Assembly (NCBI RefSeq): GCF_016433145.1
Contig: NC_058135.1
Span: forward strand, 240,210,021 to 240,274,020
DNA: 64,000 nucleotides
DNA from: Gracilinanus agilis
Taxonomy: Eukaryota
Direction: 5' to 3'
The notes below the pieces were generated by a model, which saw only the letters and a program-made list of their open reading frames with translations, was not told the DNA's origin and did not search any database. The stretch's first letter is position 1; the number at the start of each line of letters is the position of its first letter. This document shows positions 36,490-49,577 of this stretch, in pieces. The translations under genes and the position numbers were made by a program.

Positions 36490-38694
36490 ATTTCCTTTTT
36501 TGGTTTCAAGAAATTTATTGTACCCCATAAGGAAGGAGAAAGGGAAGGGTAGGTAAACAGAAGAGAAGGCAAATTAAGGAAGGCAGTGGTCAGGAGAAAA
36601 ATGGACTTTTGAGGAAGAACAAGCAAAGAGAGAAAGAGAACAGGATAAATGGGGGGGGGGAGAATGGAGGGAATTGCACAGTAATCATTGTGAATCGTGA
36701 ATCTGAATGTGAATGGAATGTACTCACTCATAAAATGGAAATGAATAGCAGAATGGATTGAAAACCATAATCTGATAATATGTTGTTTTCAAGAAACATA
36801 TTTCATAGTTGAAACAGAGAGACATGCCCAGAGTAAAAATAAAGGTCTGGAGTAGAATCTCTTATGCTTCAACCACAAAAAAAATGTAGGGGTAGCAATC
36901 TTGATCTCAGAAAAAGCAGAAACAAAAATAGGTCTAATTAAGAGAGATGGACATGGAAACTATATTTTAATAAAAGGTACCATAAACAATGAAGTGATAA
37001 CAATATTAGACATGTATGCACCCAAATGGCACAGCATACAAATTCTTAAAGGAAAATCAAAATGAGTTACAGGAAGAAATAGTAAAATTATACTAGTGAG
37101 GGGCCTCAGTTTTTCCCTTTCAGAACTAGATAAATCTAACCATAAAATAAGCAAGAAAGATATTTAGGAAATGAATAGAATTTTATAAAAATTAGAAATG
37201 ATAGATCTCTGTTCAAAATTGAATGGAAATAGAAAGGAATATATCTTTTCTCTAAGCTGTATGTGGCACTTTCAGAAAAATCATGTATTAGGGCATAAAA
37301 ACCTCACAACCAAATGTAGAAAAACAGAAATGCTAAATGCATATTTTAGAACATAATATAATAAAAATTATATTCAATAAATGGTCATAGAAACATAAAT
37401 TAAAAATGAATTGGAAACAACATAATCTAATTCTAAAGAATGTGTGGGCCAAAGGCCAAATCATAGAAACAATAAATAATTTCATTAAAGAGAATGACTG
37501 CAATGCAACAACATACCAAAATTTATGGGTTATATCCAAAGTAGTACTTAGGGGAAATTTTCTATCTCTGAGTGCTCACATAAATAAAATAGAGAAAGAG
37601 TAAATCGATGAATTGGACAAGCAACTAAAAAACAACTAGAAAAAATTAAAAAGCCCTAATTAAATGCCAAATTGGAAATCCTGAAAATTAAAGGATCTGT
37701 TTTTATGGTGGTGGTGGGGAATATAAATGATTGGTTACTTAGATTTTTTTAAAGAAGAAAATAAAATTACCAGTATTAAAAATTAAAAAGGTGAATGCAT
37801 CAACAACGATGATAAAATTAAAACAAATATTAGGAGCTATTTTACCCAATTATATGCCAATAAATCTGACAACCTAAATGGAATGGGTAAACATTTACAA
37901 AAAATATAAGTTACCTAGATTAATAGAAGAGGAAATAAAATACTTAAATAACTCCCTCTTAGACAATAAAATTGAACAAGGCATCAATGAACTCTCGGGA
38001 ACAGATGAATTTTACCAAACATTTAAAGAACATTTAATTATAATAGAAACTTTTGGGGAATGTAGTCCAAGAAGGAGTCCTATCAAATTCCTTTTATGGC
38101 ACAAATATGTGCTGATACCTAATTCAGGAAGAGAAAAAAACAGAAAAATTAAATACTACACCAATTTCTCCAATGATATTGATGCAAGAAAGAAGAGATA
38201 AAATGATAGCAAGGGGATTACAGCAATATAGCAAAAAAAATAATAACATACACTGTGATCAAGTGGGATTTATACCAGGAAAGCAGGACTTTTTCAATAT
38301 TGAGGAAACTATCAGTATAATTGACCATATCAATAAGAAAAAATAATAAAAATCACATAATTATCTTAATAAATGTAGAAAAAGTTATTCTGACAAAAGA
38401 TGACGCTTGTTCTTGCTTAAAAACACTGAAAAGTATAGGAATATATAAGGCTTTCCTTAAAATGATAGGTATTATGTATCTAAAACTTATAGCAAACATT
38501 ATCTGTAATGAGGATAAGCTAGAAGCTTTCCCAATAAGATCAGGAGTGAAGCAAGGATATCCATTATCACCAAGATTAATCACCATTGCACTAGAAATGC
38601 AAAAATAGAAGCATAAGAAATTGAAGGAATTAGAATAGGCAATAAGAAAATAAAACTATCACTTTTTGAAGATGATATGATCCTATACTTAAAG
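36490..38694 (+). mobile_element. L1 ORF2 relic (endonuclease through the RT active-site region)
   Basis: EN start near 36690 (NVNGM...ICC.QET). RT motifs 'SGVKQGYPLSP' and F-E-D-D-M-I-L-Y-L at about 38665-38693. Many stops and frameshifts. Confidence 0.92.
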
Positions 38695-38902
38695 CAGGGG
38701 TCGGCAACATATGACTCTCGAGCCATATCTGGCTCTTTTGAGGGCCAGATATGACTCTTTCTGCAGAAGCCATAAAGTCAATTTTTTTTTTCAGGCGCTG
38801 TTACAGGAGCTGCACTGTGAACACTGTACGGCTCTCACGAAATTACATTTTTAAAAATGTGGCGTTTATGGCTCTCACGGCCAAAAAGGTTGCTGACCCC
38901 TG
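38695..38902 (-). mobile_element. hAT/Charlie MITE, family D, copy 2 (208 bp)
   Basis: Reverse complement of 28841-29046, roughly 90% identical by eye. The flanks ACTTAAAG/TGGTATAG are not duplicated. Confidence 0.93.
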
Positions 38903-39345
38903 TGGTATAGGATGGTGATGAAATTCTATTGTACTATAAGGAATAATGAACAGGATGGTTTCAGAAAGAGCTGGAAAGACTATGAACTGATGCAGAGTGA
39001 AATAAGCAGAACCAGGAGAACATTGTCTACAGAAACTGCAATATTGTGGAACAATCAAATGTGATAAACTTTGCTACTAACAGTGATATAGTGATCCCAG
39101 ACAATTCTGAGAACTTATAAAAAAAATGCTATCCACCTTCTGAGAAAGAACTATTGGAGTAGAAATACAGATTAAAACTTATGATTTATCACTTGTTTAT
39201 TTAGGCATGTCTTGGGGTTTAGGTTCTATAAAATAATTTGCTTACAAAAATGAGAAATATGGAAATAAGCTTTGTGTTATAATATATGTATAACCCAGGT
39301 TGAATTGTTTGTCAGCTCTGGGATGGGGGATGGAGACAATATGAA
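38903..39345 (+). mobile_element. L1 ORF2 terminus and 3'UTR
   Basis: Begins at the 'WY..M(E)FYCTIRNNE' region and runs through the 3'UTR. Confidence 0.85.
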
Positions 39346-40830
39346 AAGGAGATTATAAAATAGTTTTCCTGTTCGATCTATGATTAAGGGAAGAATATAT
39401 GACCAAACAAGAGTTAGATAGCATTAGGGGATATAAAAAATTATTTGTATTACATTCAATTAAAATTAAAAATTAAAAAGGGTTTGCATAAGCAAAACCA
39501 GTGTAGCTAAGATTAGAAGGAAAGCAGGGGAAAATTTTTACAAGTTTCTTTGACAAAGGCCTCATTTCTCAAATATATTGAGAACTGAGTCAAATGTTGT
39601 GTCATTCCATCATTTTTTTCAGTCACATCTCACTCTTCATGACTATATTTGGAGTTTTCTTGACAAAGATACTGGAATGGTTTGCCAGTTCCTTCTCCAA
39701 CACATTTTATAGATGAAGAAACTAAAGAAAACACAGTTAAATCACTTACCCGGGGTCAAACAACTACTAAGTGTCTGAAGCCAGCTTTGAACCCAGAAAG
39801 ATGAATTTTCTTGACTCAATGCCTGGTGCCACATAGCTAGCTGACCAAGTCAAATTTATAAGAATACGAGTTATTCCCTAGCTGATAAATAGTTTAAAAA
39901 TATGAACAGGATATGAACAGGCATTTTTCAGATGAAAAATTAAAACTAACAAAGTCATATTTAAAAAATGATCTGAATCACCATTGATTAGAGAAATGCA
40001 AATTAAAACAAGTGAGGAATCACCTCACACCTATCAGATTGACTATAATAAAAGGAAAATGACAAATGCTAGAGTGGCCATGGAAAAATAGGCACTAACG
40101 CAGTGTTTGAAGAGTTGTGAACTGATCCAACCATTCTGAGAACAATTTGGACCTATGCCCAAAGGGCTATGAAACTGTGCATATCTTTTGACCTAGCAAT
40201 ACCAATATCAGGTCTTTGTTCCAACGAGATCAAAGGAAAAAGGACTTATATGTACAAAACTATTTACAGCAGCTCTTTTTATGGTGGCAAATAATTGGAA
40301 TTAAAGGGAGGTCTCAATTGGGGAAAGGCTGAAGTTGTGGTATGTGACTATGATGGAAAACTATCGTGCTATAAGAAATGATGAGGAGGATGGTTTCAGA
40401 AAAAACTGGGAAGATTTACATGGACTGATACAGAATGAGGTGAGCAGAACCAGGATATTATATATAGTAATAACAATATTGTACAATGATCAAATATAAA
40501 TGACTCATCTACTCTCAGCAATACAATAATCTAACATAATTCTGAAGGACTTATGATGAAAATGCTATCCATCTACAAAGAAAGAACTAATGGGGTCTGA
40601 ATGCAAATCAAAACCCTAAGAAATAAAAGAAAGTATTTTTAAACTTTCTTTTATTTCTTAGGGTTTTTCAGGGGGGTCCTGAATTTTCTTTTGCAAATGG
40701 CAAATATTAAATTTTTTTGTTTGACCACATATGTCCTGTGCCTTCCCAAGGAAGGAAAGAGAGAATCTGGAACTCAGAAAATATTTTTAACAAATTTAAA
40801 AACTTTTATATGTAATTGAGAAAAAATAAT
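39346..40830 (+). mobile_element. Older L1 ORF2 C-terminal region and 3'UTR, interrupted by a MAR1 (about 39597-39845, minus)
   Basis: 'agagaaatgcaaattaaaac...cacctcacacctatcagattg'. Its 3'UTR differs from that of 38903-39345. Confidence 0.85.
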
Positions 40831-43800
40831 AACAAATAGTTTGTGTTTTAAAATAGCAACAGTACCCACCTCTCAAGATTGCTGTAAAGACCAAATGAGA
40901 TATTTTTAAAGTGCTTAGCACAATATCTGGCACATAGTAGGTACTATATAAATGCTTAATCCTCTACAGTAAGCTGTCTGAGGACAGGGTGGAATGAAGG
41001 CTAGAGATCCGGGAGGCAGGTGGCAGTGATCAGACCAACAGCATCAGATCCTTCACTGATATTGCCTTCTAAAGAACTAGCCTAATTATCTCTAGGTTGA
41101 GGCCAGTGGCTAATGGACAGCAAGACCCTAGCTGTGCCCTATATAAAATAAGGAGCCAATTACTTGCCTGCACCTGGCAATGATCAGCTCATCAGCATCA
41201 GAGACTTCCTTGGTTCTGACTTACATGGAAGGAAGAGAAGGAGGGAGGAAGGAAGAAAGGATGTATTATGTGCCTAGTGGCAGGCACCATATTAAGTGCA
41301 TATTATCTTATTTGATTCTCACAACAATGCTGGTAAAAGCTATTATTATCTTCATTTTTCAGTTGAGAAAACAGAGGCAGTTAACAGTTAAGTGACTTGC
41401 CCAGGATCACATAAATCGTGTCTGAGGCCAGATGTGAATCTAGGTTTTCTTGACTCTAGGTCCAGTGCTCTATTTATTGCAATACCAAATCAGAAATAAT
41501 CTAATTGTGTCTAAGTAGAGCTTCTGGATACCAAGCAGCTGCTTTCAAAATACATGTCTGTTCCTTTGTTCCTCTAAGACATCTTAAGCATGATGTCTAG
41601 GGTCACTGAAACTCTTGGCAATAGGACTAACACCTAGATTGTCGAGCCTAGAGCACACCTCTGCTGTGGAACTGCCTCTTTTCAGCAAAAGAAACCCCAG
41701 ACCAGTGCTGCTGTCCTGAGCCCAATGTGGCACATCCTCTGACTAGTCACCGACTTTGTGCCAGGCTCCATGCTAATTAAGCACTGAAAATACAAAGAAA
41801 ACACAATGGATGAAGATAACCTGGAAGCAATTATGTATAGATATTTCTAGGATTAGCTGGAGATCACTAAAGGGATGGAATGGTCTTGAAGAAAGCGGGA
41901 TAGGAGCGGTGTGGAGGAAGACAGAGAAGCTGAGGCTTTCTAAGAGGGAGGGAAGGAGACAGACAGACAGAGAGAGAATTATAGAAGGCAGAAAGGAGAG
42001 AGACAGAGACAGAGACAAAGAGAGAATTATAGAAGGCAGGAGGGAAAGACCATAAAACGTAGAGTAGAAAGATGGAATGTTATCAAAGCAGTTCTGTTGA
42101 AAGAGTGTACTAAAGCTGTTTCTTATTAGAAAGAACTAATGAAGAAAATGTTTCTGTCGAGGATGAAGATTAACCCTCCAATTGGAGGACGTAAATCTCT
42201 CCTCTGGCTGAGGCACATTGACAGAAATATAGGATTGCACAGAAAGCAGCTACTTTCCTGCCCTGGTACACCTCAGTTTCCACATCTTTCAAATATGGAA
42301 TGTGAACCAGATGATTTCTAAGGTCCCTCCCAGTTCCAAACATCCCTGATTCTCAGAAGGAGTCTGAGGCTGGTGCCTGAATTCCCTTATACCATGCTGC
42401 TATGGAGACCGCTAACCTTTTTCCCCATTTACTTCATCTGGGGCTTCAGGTCTCCCTGGCTTTGGTTAATGCCTGTTCTGAAAACTGAAAGAATATTTCA
42501 AAAACGCCATTCCCCTCTCTCTTGTTCAAGCCCAGAAATCACTATCACAGAGAAAGTCAGTGTGATCTCCTCTTATTATTTCTTCCAACTTAATAAAAAT
42601 TGATTTCCTGGTCCCTGAGAATAGGGAGCACAATTTCACTGTGATGGCAGCAAGGCTTCGTCTTTTATTCCAAAAGCCAGATCTGCAATTTATTGCTGGT
42701 GGAATGAGATTCAGGGCATCACAACATACACATCTTCTCTCCGAAGACATGAGAGGGTAGGCAATTAACCGCCATCCAAAGCAAGCTAAATGGTGAGCCA
42801 AGGCAGACCCTGAACTACCGTGGGGCAGCAGGGAGTGTGCCATATGTGCATTCTCGGTACCAGTGCAGCCCTGGCTGCCCAGTGGGTCTGTTCCCTTGTT
42901 CAGCCCCCAAGTTGCAAATCCTTCATTGTGCTGTGGCCATCATACCCCTCTCTCTCTGGGGTCCATCTTCCAGGAATGCACCATCCACATTGTGCTGCCT
43001 GGCTTGGGATCTGGACCATGTAGGACACACCTTGGATTAGTAACGATGGCAACGTGCGCCTGTGTCATCCTCTCCTGACTTTGACAGTAAATTCAGCCCT
43101 AGCCACAGCCAATCCATCAACCAGCATTTTTGAAGCATCTATTATGTGTCAGGCTCTAGGGTAGACATGGAGGCAGCAAAGAACAAGCTAGGTGGCCACA
43201 GTGGGTAGAGCACTGAAGATCTGAGTTCTAGCTTCAGACACATACTGACTGTGTGACCCAGCACAAGTCACTTAACCCCTGTTTGCTTCAGTTTTCTCAT
43301 CTGCAAAATGAAGATAATAATAACACCTATGTTCCAGGGTTGTTGTGAGAATAAAAGGAGATAAAAATTGTAAAGCACTTAGCACAGCACCTGGCACATA
43401 GTAAATGCTACATATAAATGTCAGATATTATTATTATTCAATGACCTTATCTCCTACTGGAAAAGACAACATAAAATACGAGTAGAAGAAGAAAATATAA
43501 AAGGGTAAGTATAAATACAAGTGAGATGCAATGTAGCAAGGTGCTTAGAAGGCTGGGCTTACAGCCAGGAAGTCTTAGTCAGGGTCCTAGGACTAGGGCT
43601 TTATGGCCAGCACCATTCCCTTCTCTGGCAGAGTCCTAAGGCTCTGCCTTAAAATGCGTCGAATGTCTTTGACCACTCTAAGTAAGACTCTGGGTGATTC
43701 TGGGTACTTTCAAGGAACTGTGGGCAGGGAATATAATCAAGAACTGAGTCACAGGGACTATATTTTCCAAATAAAAAAAAAACTCCCAAATGCAGGGTAC

Positions 43801-46489
43801 CACAAAGAATTTTTTTCTGATCACTTGATTTGTAGGACAACAGGACAGAATATCTGAGATCAGGGCAGATCCCAGGTATTATTAGATGGACATAGCAGTC
43901 AATAATGGGGCTAAAGATATATGAAGGATACACAGCATCAGGTAGAAATCAGAAGCCTCACACTCCCGTCCTTCTAGCCCTAAAATGGCAGCTCCCTTGA
44001 GCAGCGCCAGCCCTGGGCTTCTGCTTCCCATTTTCCATGGGATGCTGAGAGCTTCATGGAAGTCAAACAGGGGGTCGCCACATAAAGGACATTGTCCCCC
44101 ACCTAGCTGACCTGTGTGGCTCTATTGTCCATCCCCATCATGATTGTACCAGAGGTTGGATTAAAGACTTACAGAGGCCATCCTATAATGCTGAGTTGAA
44201 CTCCCCCAGCTATTTCTCAAATCTCTCCAGAAGCAAATAAAGTGGTACAAGGAGACTAGTGTCGGGAATAGGATTCAAGCTCTGACCCTGAGTCCTTAAA
44301 TTCAAAGAGAGAAGACCTGAGTCCTGCCTATAAGACTTGCTAACTATAACCTTAAGTGAATCATTTTTCCCTCTGCATGCCTCAGTTTGCTTTTCTATAA
44401 AATGGACACAGGGGTATTCCAAGGAAAGTGCTTTGTAAAGCATTAAGTAAATGGGATTTGGTCCTACTAGAATAGATAATGTGCAATACACAGAGACCTC
44501 TATTCATGTGGCAAATACGCATGCTTCTAATAGGTGTCCAATTTTGTTTACAAGTCTCTGCACATATATGATTCATGCCCACGTATGGTATATCTATATC
44601 TATATTTATATCTATATCTATATATAATTTATTTATTTAGGAAAAATGCACACAATGAGTACCCCACACAATAGAAAGCTAATCAAGAATACTACCCAGG
44701 GCAAAGTCACCTTGCTGGCAGGCTGTCCTTAGCTGCCCGGGCCAGCAAGAGCTGCAGGATGAAATAGCTAATGCTGAAAAGTGTTTTCCAATCAAAAGAG
44801 GCTTTAGCAGCCACTGTGAATGTGCAAAGGTCAGACCCCTGCAGGGGGCCAGCCGACAACAAATACTACAAGGAGACAAAAATCTCAGAAGTTTGGGAAA
44901 GCAGAAAATTTGGGGAAGACACATTTGTGATGACTCCCAGTTATTTATCTTCTTTGCTGAGACACAGGACCCAGCGGGGAACAGGAAATCAGAGATGAAA
45001 GCATCATTTCTTTTGTATTGAGCTTCGGTGGAAGAGTATAAACAAAAGGAAGGAAAGGAATGGGTGGGTCACCATCTATACCACCAGAAGGAGTGGCATC
45101 ATGGGCAGAATGCTGGACTTGGACTCAGGAAGACCTGGGTTCCAATCCTGCCTCAGACTGGTATGAGCCCTGTGCAAGTCCCAAGCCCTCTTCTCACCTC
45201 AGTTTCCTCATCTGTAAAATGGAGGTGATAATAGTACACATCTTGTTATGAGGATGAAATGGGATATTTATAAAGTGTTTTGCAAACCTTTAAGTGATAT
45301 ATAAATATTAGTTATTGTTATCCATGAAATACGATAACTATTGGGACACTCAAGTGGTCTTTTCCTTCTCCAGGACAGTTAACCCTATGCAGAACTCTTC
45401 ATAAATCTGTAGAGGACCTTAGAGCCACCATTAGGTGAGCCAAAGTTTTAAGTCCATGGAGGAAGACCTTTCAGCCTCCCTGACGCTGTGTGAATTTGAG
45501 AAAGACAGAAGCAGAGCCACCCCCGGTAACCAGGCTGTCTGGGCAGCCAGGATGATCGGAACAGCAGAAAACCCGTAAGCAGATACACCAGCCACTCTCA
45601 AGGCTGCAGCCTGACCCCTGGACTTGGTGGAGGCTTCCTTGGTGGGACTTTCTCCCAGAGCCATTAGGTCAGGTTGGAGGCATCCATCTTTTTTCCTGAC
45701 TAGGGTTTAGGATCCATATTCCATTCCCATCCTTACAGCAGACTCCCAAACTCTGCCTTATCATCACCACGAGTCTGGCATCACTACAATGAGTTCACAA
45801 GATCTTGGGTAGTGCCCGAGGCCACTATGGGCATTACAGTGCAGGAACTTGCCAGAAGAGCACCAGGGGAGAAAGTTGGGGATTTGAGAGAATGGAGACA
45901 ACAGTGATTGGTGTAACCACTAAGTAGGCTTGGAGATCATCAACCCCTGAAAGGAGATACCCAGTGCATCAACATTCTCAGACCATAAGCTATAGAGAAG
46001 GTGCCCATCTACACCAGAAGAGGGATATTCAATCAATAAGCATTCAATAAGCACTTACGTGCCAGGCTGGTGATACAAAGACAATGAATGAAATCAGACT
46101 TACTAGCAAGGGGCTGACCTTCTAAAGGGGGCTCTCATTCTCCTTAGGAATTTCCATAAGAACAGACCAAAAGTAAACAAAAATGATGGTCCATGCCAGC
46201 CACTGTCTATAACTGGCACAAGAAAAAACACGTTTTTAAGGGAAATGCATTGACTAGGAGCAGGTTCATAGGAACAACACATGGTATTCCAGCAGGGCTT
46301 GTCCCCTTATGACAGAGCCTTAAGATATCAGCCTGATTTTGATATCTCTGTGTGTGTATATCCACATATGTATTTATATCCACATACTATAACACATATA
46401 TGTACACACATGTATATAAGTACATCTATATGGACCTGCTTGTCTATATCTATTGTACAGGTGTGTACATATATGTATATGTACAAGGA

Positions 46490-46735
46490 ACTAGGTGGGG
46501 CCGTGGATAGAGCACCAACTTAGAGTAAAAAAGACCTGAATTCAAAACCAGCCTCGGGACATTAAAGCAAGTGTGACTTTAGGCAAGTCACTTAACCCTC
46601 TTGACCTCAGTTTCCTCATCTGTAAAACCAGTCAGAAAAGGAAATGGCAAACCAGTCCAGTATCTTTGCCAAGAAAACCTCAAATGGGGTCACAAAGAGT
46701 GAGACATGACTGGAATGACTAGACAACAATAAAAT
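46490..46735 (+). mobile_element. MAR1-type SINE
   Basis: Core followed by 'gaaaaggaaatggcaaaccagtccagtatctttgccaagaaaacctcaaatggggtcacaaagag'. Confidence 0.85.
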
Positions 46736-47259
46736 ATGCACGTGGGTAAGTATGTACATGTTAATATATTTATATATGTATATACACATATATAACATGT
46801 GCATAAATGCCCATATATACCTACATATATATTTGTATGTATACACACACTCAAATATGTGAGTATATAATATATATAATAATATATAATAAAATATATA
46901 TAGTATGTGTGTATGTTATATCAGACCTGTGATTTCATCTTTATAGATATTCTCTGTGAAACTCCCAACTCCCCCTGCCAGCGTAGATCACATCTTTTTT
47001 GCAACTTCTAGTCTTAGAGAGTCCACTGGGACCCCGAGAGTCAAGTACTTAACGGGGCTCACCCAGCCCACAGATGGCAGACACAGAACTTGACTCAGGT
47101 TTCCTGTGTCTGGGGGCCAGCTTTATCTCCACTATACCTCACTGCCTAGAAATTAATAATGATTTAATCTCAAAACAACTGAGAGATGAAGAGTGTGCTT
47201 ATAGCTTGTTCTTGAAATTTCTTCCTATTGTAGTTGTGTTTCATTATGCCCTAGACCAG

Positions 47260-47261
<2 letters not shown>

Positions 47262-47299
<38 letters not shown>
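47262..47299 (+). repeat. (TG)n microsatellite
   Basis: Pure TG run. Confidence 0.97.
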
Positions 47300-47300
<1 letters not shown>

Positions 47301-48119
47301 ATGCTAGATTTTACAGGGAGATGGGGGCAGTCACAAAAGGGAGAGAATGACCATGAAGGCAGGGACCCCCTGGAAGAGAACTCCTTCCCTTGGTTTCCCA
47401 TCCTGGGAGACGGCAGTAATCAGTCAATCACCAAGCATTCATTACATGCCCACTTTGTGGCCGCCACTGTACAACGCTCCAGAAGGATAAGCCAGGATTG
47501 TTAGAACAGAAATCCTGCTGGGGGCATCTTCTGACTCTTTGAGAGCTCCAGGGGGAAAGGCGGTCCCTGGCTCATGGCCTGAGTGGATTCTTCCTCATCT
47601 ACCGTTCCACTAATACAGGATGCTCAGAATATTTGTACACTGGCTCCAGCTTAAGGCTACAATCAGGCTGCGGCAGCCGACGGACAAAGCTGGCTTCTTT
47701 TGCTTCAGAGCTACAGAAAGGAATGGAGCCAAATGAATATGTCCCCAAAAGCCATCTATTAATTATCCCTATACCTGTGTGGAGAGGCAAGGTGGCAGGG
47801 TGTGGAGAGTGAGCCTTGGAGCCAGGAAGACATGAATTCAAGTCCCACTTTTAGCATATGCTGTCTACGTGCCCCAGGCAAGTTCTCTTAGACTGTAAGT
47901 TATAGAATGGTTGTTGATCTACATTGATAAAGGGATTTTCCTCCTAGAAGTCTCCTATTAAAATAGAATCAAGGTCCAAGTCTTGTCTGGATCCGATATC
48001 CACATTCACTATCGTTCATGTTAATAATAAGAGATGATAGTATGAGGAAGTAGAAAGAGAACAGGACTTGGGAATGACAAGGAACTGAGTTTGAATCCTA
48101 CTTTCAACATTCAGCTACG

Positions 48120-48310
48120 CAGGGGTCAGCAACGTACGGCTCTCGAGCCATATCTGGCTCCACTTCCCAACCGGCCAGTCTGGGCAGAGACCCAGGATGT
48201 GCCCCAGGGGGCCCTACAGCCCCCGCCCCATATTACAGTGCCTTCCGCCTCCATCCTCCTCCTTCCGCAGGCATTTATGTTCTGTCAGCCAAAAAGGTTG
48301 CCGACCATTG
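48120..48310 (-). mobile_element. hAT MITE with family D termini and a different GC-rich interior (191 bp)
   Basis: Ends CAGGGGTCAGCAAC and GTTGCCGACCATTG, with family D subterminal sequence 'ggctctcgagccatatctggctc' and 'gccaaaaaggttg'. No clear TSD. Confidence 0.82.
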
Positions 48311-48391
48311 ATAGAGGATGGTAGTAATTTAATCTCTCTCGGCTTCAGTTTCCTATTCTGCAAAACACATATTCATAATTATAGCACCAAA

Positions 48392-48589
48392 GGGGCAGCT
48401 GGGTAGTTCTTTGGATAGAGTGTCAGGCTTGGAGTCAGGAGGACCTGGGTTCAAATTTGACTTCAGATACTTTCTAGCTATGTGATTCAAGGCAAGTCAC
48501 ATAACCCCTACCTGCCTAGCCCCTACCATAACTCTTCTGTCTTATAACTGATATTAGAATAGAAGGTAAGGGTTTAAAGAAAAAAAAAT
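48392..48589 (+). mobile_element. SINE1_Mdo-like SINE
   Basis: 'ggggcagctgggtagttc...gatattagaatagaaggtaagggtttaaagaaaaaaaaa'. Confidence 0.85.
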
Positions 48590-49520
48590 ACCCCTACTCT
48601 GGTTTGTTTTGTCTCCCCTCAGATATTAACTGCATTTCTCATTATATGTATTCATTGGCTGTAGCATATTCATTGGGTTCCTCATGTACTCGTCTCTTAA
48701 CATTTCTCCCCACCAGACCAGCCTAGGAGAGCAGGGCTGCTTCCTTTTTCCCTTTGTTTTCTTAATGCCTGGCACATAGTAGGCCCTTAAGAAATGTTTT
48801 TTTAGACTCATCTGGGCTGAGGCTTGGTCTCCTGGTTCTTCACGCAGTGAGGTAGTAGATTCCTACTCACTGACATGTGCTTGCTTATTTGCTCATCCGA
48901 GCTTTTTACAGCCACAGAGCAGGGTGTGGGGGCTGAGGTCATTTGGCAGGGGATTTGTACAATGCGAGCAGACAATTAACTTGGGGGTTTTGTAGTGTGT
49001 GTGTGTGAATGGGTGTGATTCTGCCTTTTAGCTCTTCTTCCTCCTGAAACTAGTATCCACAGCTTTCTTTACATCTGGTCTGTCTTGGCAGTTGGGTGAG
49101 GTTTTGACTAGTAGAGGATGATGTTTTCTCTGAAGAAATATTTGACAGTGAACAAGCCCAAAGCCCATTTCCTCAACTGTTCTGAACTCACCATCGTACA
49201 ATGGCCAAGGTCCTTAGGCAGAGATAGAGGATGGTTAAAGTCCTTGGGCTGGATCCTGCCTCTGGTTAAGAGAGAAAAACCTTGCCACCTTGATAGGAGA
49301 ACTGATGAGGAGGAAAAATGGGCAGATACTTAAAAAGACCCTTTAGAGAAGGCTTGACCTCATGGGTCCCCAGTGGCTCGTTATCTGCAGTCTGGTTTTG
49401 AATTCTCTTTATTTCTTCTCTAAATTCATTGCGTGAGTTCTTGAGTGTATTTATATGAGGAAAATAGGGCAGAGGTATACCTCAGCAGAAACTGCTCCCC
49501 CCATCAATCCTTCATTGAAA

Positions 49521-49525
<5 letters not shown>

Positions 49526-49574
<49 letters not shown>
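49526..49574 (+). repeat. (GA)n microsatellite
   Basis: Pure GA run. Confidence 0.97.

Positions 49575-49577
<3 letters not shown>

Noticed and set aside
36670-38694. L1 ORF2 fragments as functional reverse transcriptase or endonuclease genes
   Set aside because: Numerous stops and frameshifts, an altered FADD motif (FEDD) and a MITE-associated deletion mark this as a dead element.
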